Shown here piece by piece: positions 48,900 through 59,729 of a stretch of DNA of 64,000 bases. The notes under the pieces were generated by a model that ran no database searches, had not been told where the DNA came from, and saw nothing but the letters and a program-made list of their open reading frames with translations. Origin of the DNA: a plasmid; sequence record NZ_CP103154.1; one strand, given 5' to 3'. Position 1 is the first letter of the stretch. Each line of letters starts with the position of its first letter. The position numbers and the translations under genes were made by a program.

Positions 48900-49595
48900 T
48901 TACCTATTTTGCAATCTTCCCTCGTCCGCATAGCTATAATAGTTATTGCCTGCCACAATCACATGGTCAACCAAACGGATGTCTAATGTTTCAGCGGCTT
49001 TTTTAACTGCTTCCGTCAAGCGGTCATCCGCACTGCTGGGCTTGCGTGCTCCTGATGGGTGGTTATGTACCATGATAAAAGATACGGCGTTATAATACAA
49101 TGCCTGCTTCATGATAACCCGTATATCCACAGGGGCGGTATTTATCCCGCCGCATGAGATACGGACTTTACGGATGAGTTTGGACGAACTGTTCAGCAAC
49201 AGCACCCACATCTCTTCAGTAGCTATATCGCACAAAACAGGATGCATCATTTTATAAACATTATTGCTGGATAAAAGCGCAGGACTTTCAACTTGCCCTT
49301 CTTTCAGCCGTTTATATAGCTCAATCGCCGCATAAGCGACTTTTTTACGGCTGGGTGTTAGTGTTTCCAGTACATCAGACAAGCACAATCCTTCTATTTC
49401 CATCTGTTCATACTTATATTCTTCACGTTTCAGTTTCTCACTGTTCGTCAAGGTATAAATCAACTCGCTGTTTTCCATCACCCGATAAACGTCATTCACT
49501 TCAAATACGGTTCTCTTCGTTTTCATACTGCCAAAAATTAAAAGATTAATACTCGCAAACATCGCTTGTCGCCCCAACCATAAATTTTTCCTCAA
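48900..49595 (-). CDS. radC: RadC-like JAB/MPN-domain protein
   Basis: HNHPSGARKPSSAD JAMM motif; 231 aa. Confidence 0.8.
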   Translation of the reverse strand: MRKNLWLGRQAMFASINLLIFGSMKTKRTVFEVNDVYRVMENSELIYTLTNSEKLKREEYKYEQMEIEGLCLSDVLETLTPSRKKVAYAAIELYKRLKEGQVESPALLSSNNVYKMMHPVLCDIATEEMWVLLLNSSSKLIRKVRISCGGINTAPVDIRVIMKQALYYNAVSFIMVHNHPSGARKPSSADDRLTEAVKKAAETLDIRLVDHVIVAGNNYYSYADEGRLQNR

Positions 49596-50083
49596 CTGAT
49601 TGGGAACAGTGCATTGAAGAGAAAGCGGGAAAGACGGATCAGAACGGGATTGAACTGGTAAATACTACCTCCCGGAATGGGAGGATGGAGATTTGGCTTT
49701 TCAATATCGGGCGTTCCGGCCACGCCTACCTTCGCAATGTTCCTATCAGTTCAGGAAAAAATCATCATACCTCTCTTCCGGCATAGCCGGAGCGTAGAGC
49801 GTTAGGGATAGCAGGGAAAAGCCTGGAGGGTAACGAGGACTTGCAACGAATAGCCCGGTCAGAAGGGAACGCCCTGAAAAACTAATTCGGATACAGAAGA
49901 TGAACAGAACCGCCTTCCAATCATATAAAAAAGCGTGAAAATCAACACATACTTCCGAAAAATCTTTTCCCGAAAGTACGTATAGGGCATGTGAAGGGAA
50001 AATTTATTTTCCCAGTCATTTCTATGTTATCGCTTTGGGGATATTTAAAGGGGTTAGGAGTTTAGGTCTTTATTATGTATTTT

Positions 50084-50418
50084 GGTGGATGGTTTTACAC
50101 AGCCGATACCTTTTATTTAAAAATTTCTCTCTTTTATTTCACTGATATACCGACATATAAAAAAAACAGGGATTACCTATTCCCTTCATTAACGGGTGGA
50201 CGGTTTTACACAGCTGACAAGTGAAACCGGACGCTTTTACACAACTAAAGCAAAAGGAGTGGACGGTTCTACACAACTAGAAGCAACAAACGGGACACTT
50301 CTACACAACTAAAACAGGCAAAGCGGATGACTCCACACATCTAATCACCCCAATAGGGACACTTCTACACAACTAATTCTATAAAAAACCGTGAAACGTG
50401 GACGGTTCTACACAGCTG
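50084..50418 (+). repeat. iteron array 2: eight copies of ~21-bp (G)TGGACGGTT(C/T)TACACA(A/G)CT(A/G)-like repeats at a ~32-bp phase
   Basis: Copies at 50084, 50194, 50227, 50259, 50291, 50323, 50355, 50398; same family as array 1; abuts and overlaps the 3' end of CDS 50408..51616. Confidence 0.8.
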
Positions 50419-51616
50419 GATCGTCCATGTTCACCGCCCCGTCCGTCTCCGGAGATATGAACTCTTCAGGAGCAGGAGCAACTTCCGTTCCATTGGCACT
50501 CTCCAACTCTTCCTGTGCCCATCCTTCCGGAAACCTGCCGAATACAGCCACGAAATCACTGATATATATCTGTTTCTTCTTTTCTACGCTTTCCGGGGAG
50601 TTTGCCCATAAAAGGAACTCTTTATACAGTCCGGCATCTTCCTCCACCTCTTTGATCTTCTTCCTCCTGACAGCCATATCCGTGTCCGGGTAGGCAATCT
50701 CGACATACAGCCCAAGCAGGTTCTTATAGAATTTCTTCACCACGACAGCATATTGTCCTTCATCAAAATAGTGCAGCGTATGCCTAGGAAACGAGAACAA
50801 CACGGTATATGCCCATCTCTCATGATCGCCTTTCACAAAAGAGAAATTGAAATTGGTATATTTCAGGTAAGTATTCATCTTTTTCAGTATCGAGGCGACC
50901 TTCTTTTTCCGGTCTTTGGGTTCGGCAATCTCTATGCCGAGCTTTTTAGCCAGCTGATCGACTGTCAGCACATAAAAAGGAGCCTCATTCTTGGTGGTCT
51001 TATACTTGATCAGGTAAACCATCTTGGAAAGTTCCAGATAGAAATAGCGGTAACGGCTGGGCAGGCTACGGTAATCCTGAAGTTCCAAGAGGTTATAGAG
51101 CGAGAACATGAAATTCTTTATCTCCGGGCTTACCACTGCCGAGTACAGCCTTTTCGTTGACTTCTTCGTCTTGAAATCGGTCATTATGTCGAAACGTTTC
51201 AAGATCTGCACGAAATTATAGGATGTACGGCCATCCTCGCCAATGGTCGGATAGCAGAGGTTCTCCAATCCCAGTTTATAGAGAGCCGCCTCAAAAACCG
51301 TCTCGATAGGATGGCTGATTCTCTGTCCTGCCGTGTCGGTACATACATATTCCGGCTGCATATTCTTTCCGAACATGGCCGCGAGCTGCCGGCTATCCAG
51401 CTTGCGCTGCAAGTTGGTACGGTCATACCCCATCTTACGGCAGAAGTCTTCTACGGAGAACCAGGAAGTCCCGAACAAGTCTTTGAGGTGATAGCTGCCC
51501 AGGTATATGATCAGATCGAGCATGACATTTCCACCTGCCTCATACAACCGTTCAATCAGCACGGAATTATAGCTTTCCCCAAGCACCCTAGGGACACGAA
51601 TCAGTTCTTTTGCCAT
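50408..51616 (-). CDS. iteron-associated protein, paralog of 8297..9427
   Basis: 402 aa; collinear similarity to the 376-aa protein over the N-terminal ~300 aa. Confidence 0.75.
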   Translation of the reverse strand: MAKELIRVPRVLGESYNSVLIERLYEAGGNVMLDLIIYLGSYHLKDLFGTSWFSVEDFCRKMGYDRTNLQRKLDSRQLAAMFGKNMQPEYVCTDTAGQRISHPIETVFEAALYKLGLENLCYPTIGEDGRTSYNFVQILKRFDIMTDFKTKKSTKRLYSAVVSPEIKNFMFSLYNLLELQDYRSLPSRYRYFYLELSKMVYLIKYKTTKNEAPFYVLTVDQLAKKLGIEIAEPKDRKKKVASILKKMNTYLKYTNFNFSFVKGDHERWAYTVLFSFPRHTLHYFDEGQYAVVVKKFYKNLLGLYVEIAYPDTDMAVRRKKIKEVEEDAGLYKEFLLWANSPESVEKKKQIYISDFVAVFGRFPEGWAQEELESANGTEVAPAPEEFISPETDGAVNMDDPAV

Positions 51617-51992
51617 GATAATACTTACAAAATCAATCCTTTCTCTGTTTTCATTGCCACAAAGATAGGCATACCGGCCAACATACGCGTCATAATTATC
51701 AATCAGTTTTAACGGTATGACCGGTATGGGAAAAGGAGAAGTACTTTCCTGAAGAATGCTTTATCCGCCCTTCATCAGAAAGAAAGCATCTTACACCTGT
51801 ACCCCATAGACATCCTATATTACTTTTTCAGTTCTTCCGATAAAAAGGAACGGTCTATCAATACTTGCACCAATGGTTTCTCTTTGACAAACTCATCAAG
51901 CTCACGCTTTATCAATTTATTGCCCAACCCTATGCGTCGTCCAAATTCCTCGAAATCCTTCCGCCCTACCTGATGAGCAATTTGACTCCACA

Positions 51993-53234
51993 TTGTCATC
52001 TGTAATCGACTCAACCCTCGGTCTAAGGTGTAGATCGTTAGGTTATCAGTACAGCGAAATCATCCGTTCTCTCATGAGTATCTACTTCTGTGGTGGCTCA
52101 TGTATTGAGGATGTCACTACTCATTTGATGAACCATCTCTCGCTTCATCCGACACTTCATACTTGTAGTTCTGATACTATCCTCAGAGCGATAAAGGAAC
52201 TGACGCAAGAAAACATCTCATACACATCAGATACGGGTAAGAACTACGATTTCAACACGGCTGACACTCTCAATACTTTACTGCTCAATTGTATGTTTGC
52301 ATCTGACCAACTGAAAGAGGGTGAGAAGTATGATGCAAAGCCTACATACAAGAAGTTCTCTGGTTATCGCCCTGGCGTGGCGGTTATTGGTGACTTGATT
52401 GTTGGCATTGAGAATAGCGATGGTAACACAAAAGTTCCATTTCATGGCACGTTTTCTCGCCATGGCAGAGCTTAAGTAAACTTAGCTCTGCTCATCTGGC
52501 TTAACGAAAACCTTCGTTTTCATCAGAAGGACACGCTGAAGAGGTTCTTTGAGAGATTTGAACAGAACAGGCTCACTATCAATCGTTTCAGAGCTGATTG
52601 CGGATCATGTTCCGAGGAAATCGTGGAGGAAATAGAGAAACACTGCAAGTCCTTCTATATCCGCACTAACCGCTGCAGTTCGCTCTACAATGACATATTT
52701 GCTCTCAGAGGCTGGAAGACTGAGGAAATCAATGGCATTGAGTTTGAATTGAACTCTATCCTTGTTGAGAAGTGGAAGGGTAAAGCATACCGACTTGTGA
52801 TTCAAAGACAGAAACGGATGGATGGTGTGCAGGATCTTTGGGAAGGAGAATACACATACCGTTGTATCCTGACTAACGACTATGAATCTTCCGTAAGAGA
52901 AATTGTCGAGTTCTATAACCTTCGTGGAGGAAAGGAACGTATCTTTGATGATATGAACAATGGTTTCGGGTGGGACAGATTGCCCAAATCCTTCATGGCC
53001 GAGAACACTGTGTTCCTTCTTCTTACAGCACTTATCCGTAACTTCTACAAGGCCATTATCCAAAGACTTGACGTAAAGAGGTTCGGACTCAATGCAACAA
53101 GTCGCATAAAAGCGTTTGTCTTCAGGTTTATCTCTGTACCAGCCAAGTGGATCAGGACATCAAGGCGGTATGTGCTGAATATCTATACCTGTAACAATGC
53201 TTACGCAGATATTTTTCAGACTGATTTTGGATAA
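51993..53234 (+). pseudogene. IS1380-family transposase remnant (N-terminal/central fragment 51993..52475 and C-terminal fragment 52623..53234 in different frames)
   Basis: Central ...IYFCGGSCIEDVTTHL... and C-terminal EFYNLRGGKERIFDDMNNGFGWDRLPKSFMAENTVFLLLTALIRNFYK match IS1380-type DDE transposases; the segment between is frame-broken. Confidence 0.55.
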
Positions 53235-53348
53235 CGCCTACAACTTATGGGTATGATACTGCGTATTGTCTCAAGTCGCATTGTGGGGTAAGGGGATGTT
53301 GTAGGCAGAAGTGGGTGTTTCTGCCTCAATTTATCTGATAATTCAGTA

Positions 53349-53741
53349 ATGAGAGGACGTGTACACGCAAGAAGGACGTTGAAGGGCTTAGTTGCGGATT
53401 TGAGGCAGGTAAGAAAATACAAAGAATTAACAGCAACCGAGAAACTGAAATACCGTATCGCAGTGAAAATGACGGCAGCCGACTACTTCCGCCTGCTGAC
53501 ACGATCGCATGAGGCGGGCGTATCACCAAGCGAGTACATGAGGGAATGTTTCCGTAACGGTCATGTGAAAGAACGGCTGTCGGAGGAACATGCCGGATAC
53601 ATCCGCCAACTCTGCGGCATGGCTAACAATCTCAACCAGCTTGCGCGTAAGGCAAACGCCGGAGGCTTCCACGATGAACGGTGGGACTGCAAGGTGGCAG
53701 TGGCAAGGATTCATGAACTTATAACCAAGATAGGGATATGA
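53349..53741 (+). CDS. MobC-family mobilisation protein (second mob module)
   Basis: ...IRQLCGMANNLNQLARKAN motif; paralog of 5677..5985; overlaps the start of the downstream relaxase. Confidence 0.7.
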   Translation: MRGRVHARRTLKGLVADLRQVRKYKELTATEKLKYRIAVKMTAADYFRLLTRSHEAGVSPSEYMRECFRNGHVKERLSEEHAGYIRQLCGMANNLNQLARKANAGGFHDERWDCKVAVARIHELITKIGI

Positions 53742-54679
53742 TGGCGAAAATCGTAAAAGGAAGCGACTTCAAGGGTGCGGTGGATTACATCATCGACAAG
53801 AAGAAGGATACGCAGATAGTAGCAAGCGAAGGCTTGTTTATGGAAAATCTGGAAACTATCGCCATGAGTTTCAATGCCCAGTCACGGATGAACGATAAGG
53901 TGACAAAACCTGTCGGACATATCGCGTTGAGTTTTTCCAAAGAGGATGAGTTACGGCTGACGAACCGTATCATGGCAGGCATCGCGCTTGAATATATGGA
54001 ACGGATGGGAATCAAGAATACGCAGTTCTTCATCGCCCAGCATTTCGACAAGGAGCATCCGCACGTGCATATTGCTTTCAACCGCATAGACAACAACGGC
54101 AATACCATATCGGACAGGCACGAGCGTCTGCGCAGTACCCGCATCTGCAAGGAATTGACCTTGAAATACGGCTTGCATAGCGGAAAGGACAATGTCAAAC
54201 GCAACCGCCTGAAAGAGCCAGACAGGACGAAATATGCGCTTTACGACATCATCAAAATGGAAGTCGGCAGATGCGGCAACTGGAACGTGCTTATCGCCAA
54301 CCTGAAACGGCAGGGAGTGGAAGTACATTTCAAGCATAAGGGGCAGACCAGCGAGGTGCAGGGTGTTGTATTCTCCATGAATGGCTACCATTTCAACGGC
54401 TCCAAAGTGGACAGGCGTTTCAGTTATTCCAAGATTGACGCGGCTTTGCAGCACAACAGATGCAGGGAACGTATGGGAATAACAGCCGGAATATATGAAA
54501 CGGCTACACCAAGCGCACCGTCCGGCACGGCACAAAGCGAGTTGTTCAACGGCTCTTGGGGATTGCTAAAAAGCAGTGGCTCATCTTATAACACTGCTGA
54601 TGCGGAAGCCAATCAGGAAATGGTGGATATACTTCGCAGAAGGAAGAAAGTTAAGCGCAAGAGAGGTGTTGGGTTCTAA
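53738..54679 (+). CDS. MobA/VirD2-type relaxase (short form)
   Basis: FDKEHPHVHIAFNRI His-triad motif; 313 aa; Lys/Arg-rich C-terminus. Confidence 0.8.
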   Translation: MMAKIVKGSDFKGAVDYIIDKKKDTQIVASEGLFMENLETIAMSFNAQSRMNDKVTKPVGHIALSFSKEDELRLTNRIMAGIALEYMERMGIKNTQFFIAQHFDKEHPHVHIAFNRIDNNGNTISDRHERLRSTRICKELTLKYGLHSGKDNVKRNRLKEPDRTKYALYDIIKMEVGRCGNWNVLIANLKRQGVEVHFKHKGQTSEVQGVVFSMNGYHFNGSKVDRRFSYSKIDAALQHNRCRERMGITAGIYETATPSAPSGTAQSELFNGSWGLLKSSGSSYNTADAEANQEMVDILRRRKKVKRKRGVGF

Positions 54680-54700
54680 TATTCTGTACTAATCCAATTC

Positions 54701-55360
54701 TCACGACACTTGCGCTCTATATTCATTCGGAGTGTAACCTACCTCTTTCTTGAACAGTCGGGTAAAATGTTGCGGGTACTGAAAACCGAGATTATAGGCG
54801 ATTTCATTAACGGTGTCGTCTTGTAGATGCAAGTTCCGTCTTGGCTATTTCAATAGACTTGTCATGAATGAAATGCAGGGCGGTTGAACCTGTTTCTTTT
54901 TCAATAAATCACTGAAATAGTTGGGCGAGAGGCAGAGCTTGTCTGCACAATACTGTACAGTGGGCAAGCCTATCCGTTTAGCAGCCCCATCATGGAAGTA
55001 TTCGTCAAGCAACCGCTCAAATCTTGCGAGGATGTCTCGGTTTTGGTTGTCGCGTGTGATGAACTGACGGTCATAGAAACGTGTGCAGTAATCAAGGAAC
55101 GTCTTGATGCTGTCTGTGATGAGGTTCTTGCTGTGACGGTGTATCGGATGGTTCAATTCATATTGAATCTTGTGGAAGCAATCCATGATGATTTGCCGTT
55201 CTTCCACACTAAGGTGCAATGCCTCGTTTGTCTCGTAGGAAAAGAACGAATATTCACGCATTATCCGCCCGAGAGGTGTATTCCGCAGCAGGTCGGGATG
55301 GAACATAAGCAGGTAGCCATCTGGTTGGAACTGCATGCCGTCATCTTCCGCACCGAACAC
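54701..55360 (-). pseudogene. AraC-family transcriptional regulator with two frameshifts
   Basis: The 171-aa ORF ends inside HTH1 (...YFSDLLKKK); the remainder (ETGSTALHFIHDKSIEIAKTELAST then DDTVNEIAYNLGFQYPQHFTRLFKKEVGYTPNEYRAQVS*) is readable only after two 1-nt frame changes, down to the stop at 54701. Confidence 0.65.
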
Positions 55361-55383
55361 CTGTCCGGGCGCGATAAATATCA

Positions 55384-55572
55384 GTGTGCATAATTATTCC
55401 TAAGTCTGTGAAACCGGAACGCATGAAGCAGAATCTCGACATATTAGACTTCACCCTGTCGGCCGACGACATGGCACGGATAAAGACGCTGGATACCGAC
55501 AAGCCTTTCTTACTCGGCTCGCACGAAGATCCAGAAATCGTAAAATGGTTCATGCAGTACAAAAACGCCTGA
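55384..55572 (+). pseudogene. C-terminal fragment of an aldo/keto reductase
   Basis: IPKSVKPERMKQNLDILDFTLSADDMARIKTLD is the canonical AKR C-terminus; no upstream remainder in frame. Confidence 0.6.
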
Positions 55573-55619
55573 ACATCAACAACCATATTTCGATAGCCGC
55601 TATCGACTATATTAAGAAG

Positions 55620-56519
55620 TTATTCGTATATGCCTTTATTGTAATCCGTCATGTACTGAGTAAATGTTTTGCCTGTTTGCTGTTTGAAGAAGCGCATGAG
55701 ATGGCTCGGATCAGAGAAATTGAAATCATCCGCCATTTCACTGACAGTGCGGTTGGAGAATAGCAATTCGTTCTTCAGTTCCTCAAGCAGACGTTGTTTT
55801 ATCAAATGGGTAGCTGATACTCCGAATTGGGCTTTTACTGAGTTATTGAGTGTGATGCGACTGACATGAAGCATGTCTGCATATTCCTGCACCCGCTGGT
55901 GGGTGCGGATATTCTGTTCCAACAAGTCCTTGAACCGAAAAGCGAAATTGTTTTTAGCAATTTCAGCGGGCAAGCAATAGGCGGCAGCGTATGTACGATT
56001 GATAATCAGCAAAAGATAATATAGTAAGGAAACAATGATATTGTACGTATCGGACACTGGATTCATCAGCTCATACTTAATCTTTCCGAGCAGCCGCATA
56101 TATTCCTTCATTTCGTCATGTGTGGCATTGATGTAAGGCGGCGTATCTGTCTGGTAACAATACAAAAGGCGAAAAACGAAGAACTTGTCGGCGATAAAAG
56201 TACGCATGAAATCTTCGCGGAATATAAGGAACGTGTAATCCAACGCCGTCTCATCTACATGCCACTCTTGTTGCTGATGGGGTGAAAGCAGGAGAACCAT
56301 GCCGTCGCGCAGTTCAATCTTGCGGAAGTTCAGTAGCAAATATCCGTTTGCCTTACGGAAAAAGTAGAAGCTGAAGAAGTCTGTCTTAAACCGCTTGTTT
56401 TCTGTCAGCACAAGTCCGATGTCCTTGTTTATGGCAGTATTGATGTAAAAATCCACGCCGCAGCGTGTCTTGTTGAACGGTACGCTGACCAGTCGATCAG
56501 GGTTGATTATCTCGTCCAT
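55620..56519 (-). CDS. AraC-family transcriptional regulator
   Basis: 299 aa; C-terminal tandem HTH (...SRITLNNSVKAQFGVSATHLIKQRLLEE...). Confidence 0.8.
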   Translation of the reverse strand: MDEIINPDRLVSVPFNKTRCGVDFYINTAINKDIGLVLTENKRFKTDFFSFYFFRKANGYLLLNFRKIELRDGMVLLLSPHQQQEWHVDETALDYTFLIFREDFMRTFIADKFFVFRLLYCYQTDTPPYINATHDEMKEYMRLLGKIKYELMNPVSDTYNIIVSLLYYLLLIINRTYAAAYCLPAEIAKNNFAFRFKDLLEQNIRTHQRVQEYADMLHVSRITLNNSVKAQFGVSATHLIKQRLLEELKNELLFSNRTVSEMADDFNFSDPSHLMRFFKQQTGKTFTQYMTDYNKGIYE

Positions 56520-56649
56520 ATCCTTGTCGTTTTTGCAAAGATAATAATTTCATTTATCAAAATGGCATAATTACCGTTTTTTCAGGCATAGATGTTTCGC
56601 CGGATTCTTCCGAACTTTGCACCCGTAATCAATAACAAGACATATAGTC

Positions 56650-57426
56650 ATGAAAAAGACATCTACAGTACAATTGGTGCGCAATGCCACCTTGAAAATC
56701 AGGTATGCGGGACACACCATGCTAATTGACCCCGTTTTAGCCGACAAAGGCACTTTGATATCGGCCCTCGGTGTGAATAAAACACCGAGGGTACACCTCA
56801 CCATTCCTATTCAGGATATTATCGGAGGCGTGGACATGGTGCTCCTGACCCACAATCACATCGACCATTACGAGCCGAGTGTCCCCACACATTTGCCCAA
56901 AGAAATTCCTTTCTACGTTCAGCCCCAGGACGCGGACGCCATCAGAAACGACGGATTTACAAATGTGATACCCATCGAAGAAATAAAAACAATAGACGGC
57001 ATATCCATTTACCGCACGACCGGACATCATGGTTTCGGGCAGATCGGGCAGATGATGGGACCTGTATCAGGTTATGTGCTAAAAGCCGAGGGCTTCCCGA
57101 CCGTTTATATAATGGGTGACTGCCGATGGGAAGCATGTATCCGAGACACCGTGGAACGGTTCAATCCTGACTATATCGTGGTAAACTCCGGAGGTGCAAT
57201 CTTTCCCGAATTTTCCAAAACGGACGGTCCTATCATCCCCGACGAGAACGAAGTGATGCAGATACTTGACGAATTGCCTTCGCATATCAAGCTGATAGCC
57301 GTACACATGGATGCCATCGACCATTGCCAGACCACCCGTGCAATTCTGCGCAATGAGGCAACGCATCACGAAGCCGACATGAGCCGGCTGATTATCCCGG
57401 AGGACGGAGAAACAGTTGTGTTATGA
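56650..57426 (+). CDS. MBL-fold metallo-hydrolase
   Basis: LLTHNHIDHY metal-binding motif; 258 aa. Confidence 0.75.
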   Translation: MKKTSTVQLVRNATLKIRYAGHTMLIDPVLADKGTLISALGVNKTPRVHLTIPIQDIIGGVDMVLLTHNHIDHYEPSVPTHLPKEIPFYVQPQDADAIRNDGFTNVIPIEEIKTIDGISIYRTTGHHGFGQIGQMMGPVSGYVLKAEGFPTVYIMGDCRWEACIRDTVERFNPDYIVVNSGGAIFPEFSKTDGPIIPDENEVMQILDELPSHIKLIAVHMDAIDHCQTTRAILRNEATHHEADMSRLIIPEDGETVVL

Positions 57427-58091
57427 GTGTCTGCATTAAATCCCTGATAAAAAACATGAACATAGTGGTAGGGTGCACTATAGGATGCCCTTACTGCTAT
57501 GCCCGTAACAACTGCCGCCGTTTCCACATTACCGACGACTTTTCCGTGCCTGAATACATGGAACGAAAACTGCGCATCATCGATACGTCCCGTCCTCATG
57601 TGTGGCTCATGACAGGAATGAGCGATTTCTCCGATTGGAAGCCTGAATGGAACGCAGAAATTTTCGAGCGGATCAGCAGCAATCCCCAGCACGCCTATAT
57701 CTTTCTGACGAAGCGCCCTGACAAAATCAGTTTCTCCTCTGACGACGAGAACGTATGGATGGGCGTGACCGTTACGCGCAGTTCCGAGAAAAGGAGGATT
57801 GATGATTTGAAAAAGAATATCAAAGCACGACACTACCATGTCACGTTTGAACCTCTCTTCGATGATATCGGCGAGATTGATTTCGAGGGAATTGACTGGA
57901 TTGTCATAGGCACAGAGACCGGAAACCGAAAAGGAAAGTCATATTCGCGCCCCGAATGGGTGCTTAGCATTGCAGAACAGGCAAAGGCTCATGGCATACC
58001 GGTGTTCATGAAAGAGGATTTGCTGCCGATTATGGGCGACGAAAGAATGATTCAGGAATTGCCGGAACAATTTACCAGACGAATACAATGA
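57423..58091 (+). CDS. DUF5131 (phage Gp37/Gp68-like) family protein with CxxxCxxC motif
   Basis: GCTIGCPYCYARN and FLTKRPD motifs; 222 aa; 4-nt overlaps with both neighbours. Confidence 0.6.
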   Translation: MSVCIKSLIKNMNIVVGCTIGCPYCYARNNCRRFHITDDFSVPEYMERKLRIIDTSRPHVWLMTGMSDFSDWKPEWNAEIFERISSNPQHAYIFLTKRPDKISFSSDDENVWMGVTVTRSSEKRRIDDLKKNIKARHYHVTFEPLFDDIGEIDFEGIDWIVIGTETGNRKGKSYSRPEWVLSIAEQAKAHGIPVFMKEDLLPIMGDERMIQELPEQFTRRIQ

Positions 58092-58963
58092 ATATGGATA
58101 CAATAAAGGAAATAGATGTAAAGAGTGTAATGACCAAATCCTCTCTGCCGGTGGGAGGATATTCGGTCAACCCTTATGTAGGGTGTCCCCACGCCTGCAG
58201 GTATTGCTACGCATCGTTCATGAAACGGTTCACCGGGCACACCGAGCCGTGGGGTACGTTTTTAGATGTAAAAAACTGGAAGCCGATAACGAATCCTCAT
58301 AAATACGACGGTGAACGTGTTGTAATAGGGTCTGTGACGGACGGTTACAATCCGTATGAAGAAGAATTCCACCGTACCCGAAGGCTGCTCGAAGAGCTGC
58401 GAGGAAGCGATGCCGAGATTATGATATGCACAAAGTCCGATCTTGTCCTTCGCGATCTCGACCTGTTGAAGAGTTTTCCCAAAGTGACTGTGTCATGGTC
58501 TGTCAATACGCTCGACGAGCAGTTCTGCGCAGATATGGACAACGCCGTAAGCATTGAACGCCGTCTGAAAGCGATGCGTCAGACATACGAGGCAGGTATC
58601 CGCACCGTATGCTTCGTCTCGCCCATATTCCCCAGAATAACAGACGTAAAGGCAATAATAGAGGAGGTAAAAGATTATGCTGATTTAATCTGGCTTGAAA
58701 ACCTGAATTTACGCGGGCAGTTCAAAGGCGGGATAATGACGTATATCCGTGAGAAGTATCCTGACCTCATACCGCTTTACGAGGAAATTTACAATAAAAA
58801 AAGGCTTGAATACTGGCAGGCATTGGAGCAGGACATTTCAAATTACGCCAAGGAGCAGGGCTTCCCGTATCGTATAAACGATCTGCCATACGGACGCTCG
58901 GAAAAAGGCAAACCTGTCATCGTAAACTACTTCTACCACGAAAAAATACGATTGACAAAATGA
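58088..58963 (+). CDS. SplB-like radical SAM protein (DNA photolyase-like family)
   Basis: NPYVGCPHACRYCYA CxxxCxxC radical-SAM motif near the N-terminus; 291 aa. Confidence 0.7.
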   Translation: MNMDTIKEIDVKSVMTKSSLPVGGYSVNPYVGCPHACRYCYASFMKRFTGHTEPWGTFLDVKNWKPITNPHKYDGERVVIGSVTDGYNPYEEEFHRTRRLLEELRGSDAEIMICTKSDLVLRDLDLLKSFPKVTVSWSVNTLDEQFCADMDNAVSIERRLKAMRQTYEAGIRTVCFVSPIFPRITDVKAIIEEVKDYADLIWLENLNLRGQFKGGIMTYIREKYPDLIPLYEEIYNKKRLEYWQALEQDISNYAKEQGFPYRINDLPYGRSEKGKPVIVNYFYHEKIRLTK

Positions 58964-58978
58964 GGCTATGCCGGACTG

Positions 58979-59491
58979 ATGCAGAAAAGTTGTAGCGCGG
59001 ATAAAAGCACCATGTATGTGGATAATATCCGGCAATCTTCCGAGCGTATGCGGGAGATGCTCAACACGCTGCTGGATTTCTTCCGTCTGGACAACGGCAA
59101 GGAGCAACCCAACCTTTCCCCTTGCAGGATTTCCGCAATCACGCATATTCTTGAAACGGAGTTCATGCCCATTGCCATGAACAAGGGGCTGACTTTGATA
59201 GTGGAGAGCCACACCGATGCGGTGGTTTTGACCGACAAGGAACGTATCCTGCAAATCGGCAACAACTTGTTGTCAAACGCCATCAAGTTCACGGATAACG
59301 GTAGTGTATCATTGGCAGCGGATTATGATAACGGTTTGCTGAAACTTATCGTTGAAGATACCGGTACGGGCATGACCGAAGATGAGCAACAACGAGTATT
59401 CGGTGCATTTGAACGTCTTTCAAATGCCGCCGCAAAAGACGGCTTCGGATTAGGCTTCCTGCAACCAGCCGTTATCCAACAGCCGGGTTAA
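58979..59491 (+). pseudogene. C-terminal fragment of a sensor histidine kinase (HATPase_c)
   Basis: NNLLSNAIKFT (N box) and DTGTGM (G1 box) present; no membrane or HisKA N-terminal part. Confidence 0.6.
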
Positions 59492-59635
59492 ATGCGTCCT
59501 CCCTATCTCGGCCGTCCCTTGCAGGACGACACAGCGGTCTTTCTCCTGGAGCTTTCTTAATTCCTCCAGTGAAGCCGCCATTTTCTCCGCCATTGTTGCC
59601 ATAACCGTTTTTATTTAGATTCTGATTATTTTCGT

Positions 59636-59704
59636 GCAAATACTCGTTTTTAGACACGTGTAAATACTCGTTTTTAATTATGTGCATTTACTCGTATTTG
59701 TTGC
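59636..59704. repeat. three tandem ~24-bp direct repeats (AAATACTCGTTTTTA-core)
   Basis: gcAAATACTCGTTTTTAgacacgtg / tAAATACTCGTTTTTAattatgtg / cATTTACTCGTATTTgttgc, just past the 3' end of the serine recombinase gene. Confidence 0.6.
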
Positions 59705-59729
59705 AAAAATACAATATTTGTTCCGATAA

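Noticed and set aside
51820-52014. 64-aa minus-strand ORF next to the IS1380-like remnant
   Set aside because: It overlaps the expected 5' end of the decayed IS and has no recognisable motif. It may be a real small gene, but the evidence is insufficient.
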